This document shows positions 18,872-27,515 of a DNA stretch of 32,000 bases, piece after piece. The translations under genes were made by a program, and so were the position numbers. The notes below the pieces were generated by a model that was not told where the DNA came from, did not search any database, and saw nothing but the letters and a program-made list of their open reading frames with translations. The first letter of the stretch is position 1; each line of letters opens with the position of its first letter. Source of the stretch: Alkalilimnicola ehrlichii MLHE-1 (lineage in GTDB: Bacteria; Pseudomonadota; Gammaproteobacteria; Nitrococcales; Halorhodospiraceae); contig NC_008340.1 in the NCBI RefSeq assembly GCF_000014785.1, positions 60,001 through 92,000 on the forward strand. The letters are read 5' to 3'.

Positions 18872-19732
18872 ATGAGGCGTGACGACAACTGGTTCACCGA
18901 GGTCCTGGAGGAGGAGGGTATGGCCTTCTCCCTGCGGGTGCGTGAGAAGCTGCACGAGGAGCGCACCGCCTTCCAGCACATCGAGGTCTACGAGACCGAG
19001 GCCTGGGGCCGGCTGCTGGTGATCGACGGCTGCGTGATGCTCACCAGCCGCGACAACTTCGTCTACCACGAGATGATGAGCCACCCGGCGCTGTTCACCC
19101 ACCCGGACCCGCGCCGGGTGGCGATCATCGGCGGGGGTGACTGCGGCATGCTGCGCGAGGTGCTGAAGCACCCGGGCATCGAGTCGGTGGTGCAGGTGGA
19201 TATCGACGCCGGGGTCACCCGGGCCGCCGAGCGCTACTTCCCGGAGCTCACCGAGGCCAACGACGACCCGCGCGCCACCCTGCTGTTCGATGACGGTGTG
19301 GCCTGGATCCAGGACCAGCCGGCGGGCAGCCTGGACGTGGTCATTGTCGACAGCACCGACCCGGTGGGGGTGGCGGAGGGGCTCTTCGGCCCGGGCTTCC
19401 TGGGCCAGGTGTATCGGGTGCTGGGCGACCAGGGCCTGATGGTGCAGCAGAGCGAGTCGCCCATCCTGCACCGGGACACCATCCTCGAGCGCCTCCACGG
19501 CCACATGCGCGGCAGTGGCTTCGCGCCGGTGGTTACCCTGCCCTACCCGGTGGTCAGCTACCCGTCCGGCTGGTGGTCGGCGACCCTGGCCAGCAAGGGC
19601 CCGCATCCGGCGGCCTTCCGAGAGTCGGACGCGCGCGCCAAGGCCTTTGCCACCCTGTACTACAACGCCGATATCCACCGGGCGGCACTGGCGGCGCCGG
19701 AGTTCTGCAAAGGCCTGCTCACCGATCAGTAG
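18872..19732 (+). CDS. speE: Spermidine synthase family aminopropyltransferase SpeE
   Basis: EDNWFTE-like start, LLVIDGCVMLTSRDNFVYHEMMSH, IIGGGDCGMLREVLKHP, VVIVDSTDPVGVAEGLF. Confidence 0.94.
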   Translation: MRRDDNWFTEVLEEEGMAFSLRVREKLHEERTAFQHIEVYETEAWGRLLVIDGCVMLTSRDNFVYHEMMSHPALFTHPDPRRVAIIGGGDCGMLREVLKHPGIESVVQVDIDAGVTRAAERYFPELTEANDDPRATLLFDDGVAWIQDQPAGSLDVVIVDSTDPVGVAEGLFGPGFLGQVYRVLGDQGLMVQQSESPILHRDTILERLHGHMRGSGFAPVVTLPYPVVSYPSGWWSATLASKGPHPAAFRESDARAKAFATLYYNADIHRAALAAPEFCKGLLTDQ

Positions 19733-19775
19733 GGGCCGGGCGACGGACCTGTGGTAACGCGACGTTGCTTGTCGC

Positions 19776-19795
19776 ACTATAACTCTTGTTATAGT
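19776..19795. repeat. Perfect AT-rich palindrome ACTATAAC-TCTT-GTTATAGT just upstream of the GGDEF-EAL gene
   Basis: 8-bp perfect arms, 4-nt spacer, with further GTC...GAC outer pairing (19771-19773 / 19798-19800). Confidence 0.8.
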
Positions 19796-19806
19796 AAGAC
19801 CTCCCT

Positions 19807-22380
19807 TTGGCGACCGGTCCGACCCGATCCTCACCCGTGGACAGCCCCAATCCTGCATTCGATGATCTGCACCGGGTCCTGGAGGCTAGCCCCGCCGTCA
19901 CCTATGCCCTGACCCGTGACGGGCAGTCGTTGCGGCCGGTTTACATCAGCGCGCACATCGAGGAGTTGCTTGGCTACCCGGTGGCGGACTGGATGGCCGA
20001 CCCGCAGTTTTGGCGGCAATGCCTGCACCCGGACGATCGTGAGCGGGTGTTGGCCCAGTCGGCCCGCCACCTGCCCGAGGGGCTGGTGGACCACGAGTAC
20101 CGGGTCCGCCACCGCGACGGCAGCTATCGTTGGGTGCATGACCGCCTGCGGTTAATGCCGGCGCGGGACGGCCGGCCGGCGATGGCGGTGGGTGTCTGGC
20201 AGGACATTACCCACCGGGCGCGGGCCGATCGGCTGCTGCGCACGCTCTCCCACCTCACCGCCCGGGTCACCGGCGATGATTTCTTCCGAACCCTGGTGCG
20301 GCACCTGGCCGAGGCTTTGGACATGCGTTACGTCCTGCTCGGCGAGCTGCCCGGGCACCCGCCCACGCGGGTCCATACCCGGGCCCTGTACGCCGACGGC
20401 GCGATCCGGCCGAACGTGACCTACCCCCTGGCCGGAACACCCTGTGCCCGGGTGCTGTCCGATGAGCCCTGCCATTACGCCAACGATGTCTGCCGTGACT
20501 TCCCGGAGGACGAACTCCTCCGGGAGATGGCGGTGGAGAGCTATTTCGGCGTCCCCATCCGGCGGGCCGACGGCACCATCACCGGCCTGTTGGCGCTGAT
20601 GCACGACCAGCCGCGCGAGATCTCGGCCACCGAGCGGGCGGTGATCGCCCTCTTTGCCGCCCGTGCCGGTACCGAGCTGGCGCGCCACCAGGCGGAGGAA
20701 CAGCTCCAGTTGATCGACCAGGTCTTCGAGGGCAGTCGCGATGCCATCATCATCACCGACGCGCAGACGCGCATCCTGCAGGTGAACCCGGCCTTCGAGG
20801 CCATCAGCGGCTACCGCGAGGAGGAATTGGTGGGCCGCACGCCCCGCCTACTTCAGTCGGGCCACCAGGGGCCGCGCTTCTACCGTGAGATGTGGGAGGC
20901 GCTGAAGAGTCGGGGCCACTGGCAGGGGGAGCTGTGGAACCGGCGGGCGGATGGCGAAACCTACCCCAGCCTGTTATCGGTGAGCGCGGTGACCAACGAC
21001 AACGACGAGGTCACCCACTATATCGGGATCGCCAGCGACATCACCTCACACAAGGCGGCCGAGCAGCACATCGACTACCTGGCCCACTACGATACCCTTA
21101 CCGGCCTGGGTAACCGGCGCCTGCTGGAAGAGGAGCTGGAGCGCATGCTGCGCAATGCCCGCGGTGGCCGCCCCTTCGCCCTTTTTTTCCTGGACCTGGA
21201 CCGGTTCAAGAACATCAACGACACCCTGGGCCACGAGAGCGGCGACCGCCTGCTGGAGGAAGTGGCGGATCGGCTCCGCGACTTGGCCGGTCCGCAGGCG
21301 ACCCTCTGCCGCATCGGCGGTGATGAGTTCGCCATTCTGGCGCCCGGGCTGAGCCACCGTCAGACGGCCGGCATTGCCCGCCAGCTGGTGGAGGGGATCT
21401 CCCGGCCCTATGAGATCACCGAGCGCCCGCTGGTGGTCACCTGCAGCGTCGGGGTGGCGGTTCACCCGCGCGACGGCACCCGCCGTGAGGCCCTGATCAG
21501 CGCCGCGGACACCGCCCTGCACTACGTCAAGGCCCACGGCAGTAACCACTATCAGTTCCATGAGCCGGGCATGACTGCGGCCGCCGCTGAGCGCCTGCAC
21601 CTGGAGAACGACCTGCGTGAGGCGCTCCTGCGCGGGGAGTTCGAGCTCTACTACCAGCCGGTGCTCGACACCGAGCGCCTCACGGTCTGCGGCGCCGAGG
21701 CCCTGCTGCGCTGGCACCACCCGGAGGCCGGTCTGATCCCCCCCGACCGCTTCATCCCGCTCGCCGAGGAGACCGGTCTGATCCGCCCCATTGGGACTTG
21801 GGTGCTGCGCGAGGCCTGTGCCCAGGCGGCGCGCTGGCGCCGGCTGGGGCTGACCGGGATGACCGTCTCGGTGAATGTCTCCGGCGAGCAGTTCTGGCGC
21901 GACGAGCTGCCCCAGGCGGTGCGCCAGGCGTTGGAGGCGCAGGCCCTGGCGCCCGACGCCCTGGTGCTGGAGATCACCGAGAGCGTGCTGATGCACGGCA
22001 GCGCCAACACCGAGACCCGGCTGCGCGAACTCAAGGCCATGGGGGTGGGGCTGTCGCTGGACGATTTCGGCACCGGCTACTCCAGCCTCAGCTACCTGAA
22101 GCGCTTCCCCATCGACACGCTGAAGATCGACAAGTCCTTTGTCCGTGATATGGTCAGGGACGAGCATGACCGTACCCTGGCGCAGACGGTGATCGCCATG
22201 GGCCACGGTCTGGGCCTGCAGGTGGTTGCGGAGGGCGTGGAGAGTGCCGAACACCTCCCGCTGCTGCGTCGTGCCCGCTGCGATCGCGTGCAGGGCTACC
22301 ACTTCAGCCGGCCGCTACCGGCCCGGGCCTTGAGCCGGTGGATCCAGCAGCACCAGTGCAGCCGGTCACCGCAGGACTGA
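19807..22380 (+). CDS. PAS-GAF-PAS-GGDEF-EAL c-di-GMP turnover protein
   Basis: PAS/PAC segments, GAF-like LVRHLAEALDMRYVLLGEL, CRIGGDEFAIL, AEALLRWHHPEAG, ITES, LDDFGTGYSSLSYLKRFP, KIDKSFV. Start uncertain (TTG 19807 or GTG 19837). Confidence 0.93.
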   Translation: MATGPTRSSPVDSPNPAFDDLHRVLEASPAVTYALTRDGQSLRPVYISAHIEELLGYPVADWMADPQFWRQCLHPDDRERVLAQSARHLPEGLVDHEYRVRHRDGSYRWVHDRLRLMPARDGRPAMAVGVWQDITHRARADRLLRTLSHLTARVTGDDFFRTLVRHLAEALDMRYVLLGELPGHPPTRVHTRALYADGAIRPNVTYPLAGTPCARVLSDEPCHYANDVCRDFPEDELLREMAVESYFGVPIRRADGTITGLLALMHDQPREISATERAVIALFAARAGTELARHQAEEQLQLIDQVFEGSRDAIIITDAQTRILQVNPAFEAISGYREEELVGRTPRLLQSGHQGPRFYREMWEALKSRGHWQGELWNRRADGETYPSLLSVSAVTNDNDEVTHYIGIASDITSHKAAEQHIDYLAHYDTLTGLGNRRLLEEELERMLRNARGGRPFALFFLDLDRFKNINDTLGHESGDRLLEEVADRLRDLAGPQATLCRIGGDEFAILAPGLSHRQTAGIARQLVEGISRPYEITERPLVVTCSVGVAVHPRDGTRREALISAADTALHYVKAHGSNHYQFHEPGMTAAAAERLHLENDLREALLRGEFELYYQPVLDTERLTVCGAEALLRWHHPEAGLIPPDRFIPLAEETGLIRPIGTWVLREACAQAARWRRLGLTGMTVSVNVSGEQFWRDELPQAVRQALEAQALAPDALVLEITESVLMHGSANTETRLRELKAMGVGLSLDDFGTGYSSLSYLKRFPIDTLKIDKSFVRDMVRDEHDRTLAQTVIAMGHGLGLQVVAEGVESAEHLPLLRRARCDRVQGYHFSRPLPARALSRWIQQHQCSRSPQD

Positions 22381-22411
22381 TCCAGAGCGAGCGGAAAGGA
22401 AGGGCGCAATA

Positions 22412-22969
22412 ATGCATTGCAGCCAGTGTGGCCAGGAGAATCCCCGGGAGGCGCGTTTCTGCGTGAAGTGCGGCGCACCGCTGGACCCGGAGGAGTTGCG
22501 TATGGTGGCGCGGGAGACGGGGCGCTTCAGCGATATGCCCGTCGCCACGGCCGGTTACGGCGGCTTCTGGCGCCGGGTGCTGGCGGCCATCGTCGACGGC
22601 CTGCTGCTGGGCATCCCCCTGGCCGTGCTGCAGCACCTGTTCATGCCCGCGCCGACCGGCGACCCGGAGGCCATGGCCCGGGCCGAGCTGACCTGGTCGC
22701 TGGTGAATATCCTGGTCTGGTGGCTGTACGCCGCGGGGATGCACAGCTCGGTCTACCAGGCCACCGTGGGCAAGATGGTGCTCGGTATGTATGTGGTGGA
22801 TTACCAGGGCGGGCGCATCTCCTTCGCCCGCGCCACCGGCCGTTATCTCGCCGAGATCCTGTCGGCCATGCTGCTGCTGATCGGCTACCTCATGGTGGCC
22901 TTCACCCGCCGCAAGCAGGGCCTGCACGACTTCATTGCTGGCACCCTGGTGGTGCGCCGCGCCCGCTGA
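22412..22969 (+). CDS. Zinc-ribbon plus RDD family membrane protein
   Basis: MHCSQCGQENPREARFCVKCGAPLD followed by RDD-like FWRRVLAAIVDGLLLGIPLAVL. Confidence 0.85.
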   Translation: MHCSQCGQENPREARFCVKCGAPLDPEELRMVARETGRFSDMPVATAGYGGFWRRVLAAIVDGLLLGIPLAVLQHLFMPAPTGDPEAMARAELTWSLVNILVWWLYAAGMHSSVYQATVGKMVLGMYVVDYQGGRISFARATGRYLAEILSAMLLLIGYLMVAFTRRKQGLHDFIAGTLVVRRAR

Positions 22970-22990
22970 GCCCTCCGCTGAGCCCGGGGC

Positions 22991-23800
22991 TCAGCCCCGC
23001 CCCGGCTTCAGCCGGTCCAGGCGCAGGCGCTCGCGCTCATCGAACAACCGCCGGGCGCCGAACCACACCGCCAGCAGGGTCCCGAACCCGGTGCCGACGG
23101 TGATCAGGAACATGATCAGGATCTGGTATTTCACCGCCTCCATGGGCGGCGCCCCGGCGAGGATCTGACCGGTCATCATCCCCGGCAGGCTGACGAGGCC
23201 GGCGGCGGCCATGGCATTGATCATCGGGATCATCCCTGAGCGCATGCTGTCGCGGCGGATCTCCTCGATCGCCGACCACCAGGGCTCGCCCAGCATCAGC
23301 CGCGCCTCGATCACCGGCCGCTGCTGCCAGGCGCTGTCGTTGAGCCGGTCCAGCGACAGGGCGATGCCAGTCATGGTGTTACCGAGGATCATGCCCAGGA
23401 TGGGGATGGCGTACTGCGGCTGCCAGATCGGGGTCGGCTGCACGATCACCGTCAGTGCCAGCAGCATGGTCACGAACGACGAGACGAACATGGCCGCGGT
23501 GCCCAGGCCGTATCCCCACCAGCCGGCCATGCGCCGCTTCTGCCTTGCCATCACCTCGCGCCCGGCCACCGCCAGCATGACCACGCTCATCAGCACCACC
23601 CAGTAGAGGGTGGCATGGGCGAACAGGGCCTGCAGCACCAGGCCTACCAGGGCCAGTTGCACCACCGTGCGCAGCGCGGCCACCAGCAGCGGTTTGGCCA
23701 CGCCCAGCCGGGTCCAGTGACTGAGTGCGGCCAGCAGCACCACCAGTACACCCGCGATGGCGAGGTCCCAGGGGGTGAGATGGATCAGCTCGCCGGTCAT
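22991..23800 (-). CDS. fetB: FetB/YbbM-type (UPF0014) ABC transporter permease, putative iron export
   Basis: LRTVVQLALVGLVLQALF...AIPILGMILGNTMTGIALSLDRL...SMIPMINAMAAAGLVSLPGMMTGQILAG-like region. Confidence 0.9.
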   Translation of the reverse strand: MTGELIHLTPWDLAIAGVLVVLLAALSHWTRLGVAKPLLVAALRTVVQLALVGLVLQALFAHATLYWVVLMSVVMLAVAGREVMARQKRRMAGWWGYGLGTAAMFVSSFVTMLLALTVIVQPTPIWQPQYAIPILGMILGNTMTGIALSLDRLNDSAWQQRPVIEARLMLGEPWWSAIEEIRRDSMRSGMIPMINAMAAAGLVSLPGMMTGQILAGAPPMEAVKYQILIMFLITVGTGFGTLLAVWFGARRLFDERERLRLDRLKPGRG

Positions 23801-24447
23801 CGCACCTCCTCCAAGCGGCCGTGGCGCAGGGTGTAACCCCGGTCGGCCACCCGGGCGCGTTGCGCCGGGTCGTGGCTGACCCAGAGCAGCCCGCGGCCGG
23901 CACGGCGCTGGTCGGCCAGGTAGCGTTCCACCCGTTCGGTGTTCCGGGTGTCCAGGTTGGCGGTGGGCTCGTCCAGTAACAGCACCCAGGGCGGCGGGGG
24001 TGCGCCGTCCAGCGGCGCCGGCGTCCCCGCCACGCCGCGGGGGTGTAGCAGCCGCACCAGGGCCAGTCGCTGCTTCTCACCGGTGGACAGGCGCTGGACC
24101 TGCCAGTCCAGCACCTCCGGCTCGAAGCCCAGTGCGGCCAGGTCCGCGGCGGGGACCTCCGCGGCCAGGTGTTCGCCCACGGTCTCCAGCCACCAGGGGG
24201 CCTCCGCCGGCAGCAGGGCTACGTGCCGGCGCCAGTCGTGGCCGGCGTAGTGGTCACGGGGGCGGCCGGCAAGGGAGACCGCGCCCCGGTGCGGGTCGAG
24301 GTCAGCCAGGGCCCGAAGCAGGCGGGTCTTGCCGCTGCCGGATGGGCCCCAGAGCGCCACGCACTCGCCGCCGTCGAGGCGCAGGTCCAAGGGAGCGAGG
24401 AGACCGAAATCCAGGGCCTCGGCGTGCAGCAGCGGGGAGGGTGTCAT
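23797..24447 (-). CDS. fetA: FetA/YbbL-type ABC transporter ATP-binding protein
   Basis: Walker A GPSGSGKTRLLRAL, signature LSTGEKQRLALVRLL, Walker B VLLLDEPTANLD; 4-nt overlap with fetB. Confidence 0.9.
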   Translation of the reverse strand: MTPSPLLHAEALDFGLLAPLDLRLDGGECVALWGPSGSGKTRLLRALADLDPHRGAVSLAGRPRDHYAGHDWRRHVALLPAEAPWWLETVGEHLAAEVPAADLAALGFEPEVLDWQVQRLSTGEKQRLALVRLLHPRGVAGTPAPLDGAPPPPWVLLLDEPTANLDTRNTERVERYLADQRRAGRGLLWVSHDPAQRARVADRGYTLRHGRLEEVR

Positions 24448-24615
24448 CGTCGGCGGCGGCCTATCGGGTTTTCGTTACTGGAACTACCCGGCACTATACA
24501 GGGTACGGTGTGGCGATGGTCCCGCCGTCGGTGTGATCCACCTTTCGCGAGGTCGGCGCGACGCCGTTTGTGGTCTATGGCAGGCGGAATCCACCTGCCG
24601 GCTTGGGGGAGCGTT

Positions 24616-27321
24616 GTGAGGCTGGAACTGCGGACGCTGGGCAGGACCGAGGCCCGGCTTGATGGCGAGGCATTGCCGGGGCTGTGCCATACCAAGATCG
24701 GGCTGCTCCTGGTCTATCTGGCCGTTGAGCGGCCGCGCCGCGTGCCCCGCCTGGAACTGGCCGGGCGCTTCTGGCCGGACCAGGCGGCCGACGCCGGCCG
24801 GGCCAACCTGCGCCAAGCGCTGTTCCAACTGCGCCGGCAACTGGGCGGGGCGGCGGCAGACCTGCTGCAGGCGGACGCGCGCCAGGTGAGATTGCGGCCG
24901 GAGGCCGGGGTGTGGGTGGACGGTCTAAGGCTGGAGGCCTGCGTCCGGCCATCGGCGGCGCGGCAGCGACTCGACCCCGCGCAGTTGCTTACGGAGCTGA
25001 ACGCCTACCAGGGGCACTTTCTGGTCGACCTCGGTGTGTCCCCGGAGGCCACCGGGCTGGAGGACTGGCTGACCCAAAACCGGCAGCGTTTCTGGCGTGC
25101 GGCGCTCACCCTCCTGGAGCAGTGCCTGGAGGAGCGGCCGAGCCCGGAGGACAACGAGCGGATCCTGCGGGAGCTGCAACGCTTTCTGGACCTGGAACCC
25201 TTCGATGAGGTATTGCACCGGCTGATGATGCGGGGGCTGGCCGCCGGCCGCCAGCCCACCCGCGCCCTCGACCATTTCCTGGCCTTCGAGGCATTGCTGC
25301 GGCGCGAGCTGGACACCCGGCCCGGACCGACCCTGCGCCGGCTCTATAGCGAGCTGCGCGAGCGCCTGGCCCCCGCTGCCCAGGCCTCGGTGGAGGACGT
25401 CCGTCTGCGCCCTGAGCGCCGGCGCGTGGCCTTGGTGGTCTGTGACCTCCGCCCGCCCCCGCGCACTGCCGGGCAGACCGATGTGGAGACCCTGACCGCT
25501 GCCGTGCAGCAGGGGGTCACCCGGGTGGAGAGCGCGTTGTTCGAGCACCGGGGCCACATCGTCCGCCTGCCCTGGGCCTGCCTGCTGGGCTATTTCGGTT
25601 ATCCCAGCGGACGCGAGGAGGCCACCCTGGATGCCCTGCGCGCGGCCTGGGAGGCGTTGCAGAGCGGGCCCGCTGGGGTGCGCCCGCGGATCGCCGTGGA
25701 CTCCGACGTGATCATCACCGGCAGTGAGCCGGAGGTGCCGGATCCGGCCGGTCTGCTCACCGCCCGCGCGCTGAGCCTGGCGGAGCGCACTGCCCCGGGC
25801 ACGGTAGCGGTCTCGCCGGGGATTCGCGACCGTTTCCAGGGGCGCTTCCGTTTCGCCGGCGGTGGGACGTCGGCACCACGGCTGGTCAACAACCCCGGTC
25901 ATGCCGACCGGGTCGAGGCCCGGCTGGCGCGGGCAGCGGTCCCGCTGATCGGGCGGGCCGAGCCGCTGGCCCGGCTGCGCCGCGCCTGGCGTCAGGCCGC
26001 AGATGGCCGTTGCACCAGCCTGGTGATCCGCAGTGAGGCCGGGCTGGGGAAAAGCCGCCTGGCCCGCGGCCTGGCGGAAGAGGTCCGGGAGGAGGCGGCG
26101 CTGGTGCTGATGCTGCCCTGCCGCCAGCGCCTCAAGCGACAGTTGCTGATGCCGCTGCGCCAGGCCCTGGCCGGCTGGATCGGTCCCCGGCCGGACCAGC
26201 GCCGGGCCCGCGCCCGGCGGCGGCTACTGCAGGCGCGGCTGCGCCCCCATTTGGATCATGGCGCCGCCGCCCGCCGTCTGGCGGCCTGGCTGACCGACAC
26301 CGGCGACCGCGGTCTGATCCGCCAGGGCAGTGATCGCGACCGGGTGCTGGACAGCCTGGTCCAGGTACTGGCCGGTGAGACCCGGCGCGGGCCGGTGCTT
26401 ATCGTCTGTGATGACGCCCATTGGATCGACTCCGGTACCGCCGAACTGTTTCGCCGCATTCAGCGCCGCCTGGCGCGGCACCCGGTGCTGCTGATCCTCA
26501 CCGGCCGCATGAGCTTCCGCGCCGAGTGGCTACATACCGCGCCTGGGGAGTTGCGCCTGAGCGGCCTCTCCGGGCCGGACAGCCAGCGGCTGATCCGCGC
26601 CCTGGACGGCGATGGCGTGCTGCCGGAGGCCACCCGGCGCGCGATCAGCGCACGCGGCGAGGGTGTCCCGCTGTTCCTGGAGGAGCTGACCCTGCACGCC
26701 CTGCAGCGGCACCGGGGCGGCGAGCCCGGGGCGGCCCTGCCGCCGGGGTTGTCCGACCTGTTGGTCGCGCGGTTGGAGAGCCTGGGACCCTGTCGCGAGC
26801 TGGCCCACGCTGCTGCCGTCATCGGCCGGGAGTTCGACAGCCGCCTGCTGGCCCGCCTCACCGGCAGCAACCTGGACCAGGTGCAGACCCAGGTGAAGCG
26901 GTTGATGGCCCAGGGTTTCGTCGAGCGTGACGGCAGCCGCCTGCGGTTCCGGCACGCCCTGTTCCATCAGGCCGCCTACGAGGCCCTGTTGGCCACCGAG
27001 CGCCGGGCGCTGCACGGTCGCCTCGCGCAGTTGCTGGAGGAGGACGCCGCGCTCGGGCTGGACGCCCCGGACCACGAGGTACTGGCCGAGCACCTGCGTG
27101 AGGCGGGGCGTCCGGAGGAGGCGGTGGAGCACTGGCTGATGGCCGGGGAGCATGCCCTGGCTCTGGGCATGCTCCCCGAGGCGGAGCAGCATTGCGCCGA
27201 TGCACTGGCATTACTGGGACGGCTCACCGAGGCGGGGGGGCCGCCTGGGCGTCAGCGGAGCGATGGGCAGGCCCGAAAAAAAGGCGGGCCGGCTGAGCCG
27301 ACCCGCCCAACACAACGCTGA
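24616..27321 (+). CDS. Large transcriptional regulator-like protein: BTAD-type N-terminus, degenerate nucleotide cyclase-like domain, AAA ATPase, helical C-terminus
   Basis: VRLELRTLGRTEARLDGEALPG...RRVPRLELAGRFWPDQAADAGRANLRQALFQLRRQLG (SARP/BTAD-type); Walker A SEAGLGKSRLARGL; LIVCDDAHWIDSGTAELFRRI. GTG start at 24616 inferred; the track opens at 24169. Confidence 0.85.
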   Translation: MRLELRTLGRTEARLDGEALPGLCHTKIGLLLVYLAVERPRRVPRLELAGRFWPDQAADAGRANLRQALFQLRRQLGGAAADLLQADARQVRLRPEAGVWVDGLRLEACVRPSAARQRLDPAQLLTELNAYQGHFLVDLGVSPEATGLEDWLTQNRQRFWRAALTLLEQCLEERPSPEDNERILRELQRFLDLEPFDEVLHRLMMRGLAAGRQPTRALDHFLAFEALLRRELDTRPGPTLRRLYSELRERLAPAAQASVEDVRLRPERRRVALVVCDLRPPPRTAGQTDVETLTAAVQQGVTRVESALFEHRGHIVRLPWACLLGYFGYPSGREEATLDALRAAWEALQSGPAGVRPRIAVDSDVIITGSEPEVPDPAGLLTARALSLAERTAPGTVAVSPGIRDRFQGRFRFAGGGTSAPRLVNNPGHADRVEARLARAAVPLIGRAEPLARLRRAWRQAADGRCTSLVIRSEAGLGKSRLARGLAEEVREEAALVLMLPCRQRLKRQLLMPLRQALAGWIGPRPDQRRARARRRLLQARLRPHLDHGAAARRLAAWLTDTGDRGLIRQGSDRDRVLDSLVQVLAGETRRGPVLIVCDDAHWIDSGTAELFRRIQRRLARHPVLLILTGRMSFRAEWLHTAPGELRLSGLSGPDSQRLIRALDGDGVLPEATRRAISARGEGVPLFLEELTLHALQRHRGGEPGAALPPGLSDLLVARLESLGPCRELAHAAAVIGREFDSRLLARLTGSNLDQVQTQVKRLMAQGFVERDGSRLRFRHALFHQAAYEALLATERRALHGRLAQLLEEDAALGLDAPDHEVLAEHLREAGRPEEAVEHWLMAGEHALALGMLPEAEQHCADALALLGRLTEAGGPPGRQRSDGQARKKGGPAEPTRPTQR
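27276..27307 (-). terminator. Second rho-independent terminator-like structure for leftward transcription, inside the 3' end of the regulator gene
   Basis: Minus strand GGCGGGTCGGCTCAGCCGGCCCGCC followed by T7. Confidence 0.6.
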
Positions 27322-27456
27322 AAGGGTAGGTATTCCATCGCGGCGGCGGGTGGCAGTGCCACCGGTGCGGGCGCCACGATGGGGGCATTCTCAGGGGGGC
27401 TTCACCCCGGCGCAAACCGGCCAATAACGGGGTAATAACGCCGCCGGGCGGCCCCG

Positions 27457-27482
27457 AAAAAAGCGGGCGCCGGAGCGCCCGC
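27457..27482 (-). terminator. Rho-independent terminator of glnK-amtB
   Basis: Minus strand GCGGGCG-CTCCGG-CGCCCGC followed by T6. Confidence 0.85.
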
Positions 27483-27515
27483 AAAAGCCACCGCTGAAGG
27501 AGAAGTTGCCTGGCG

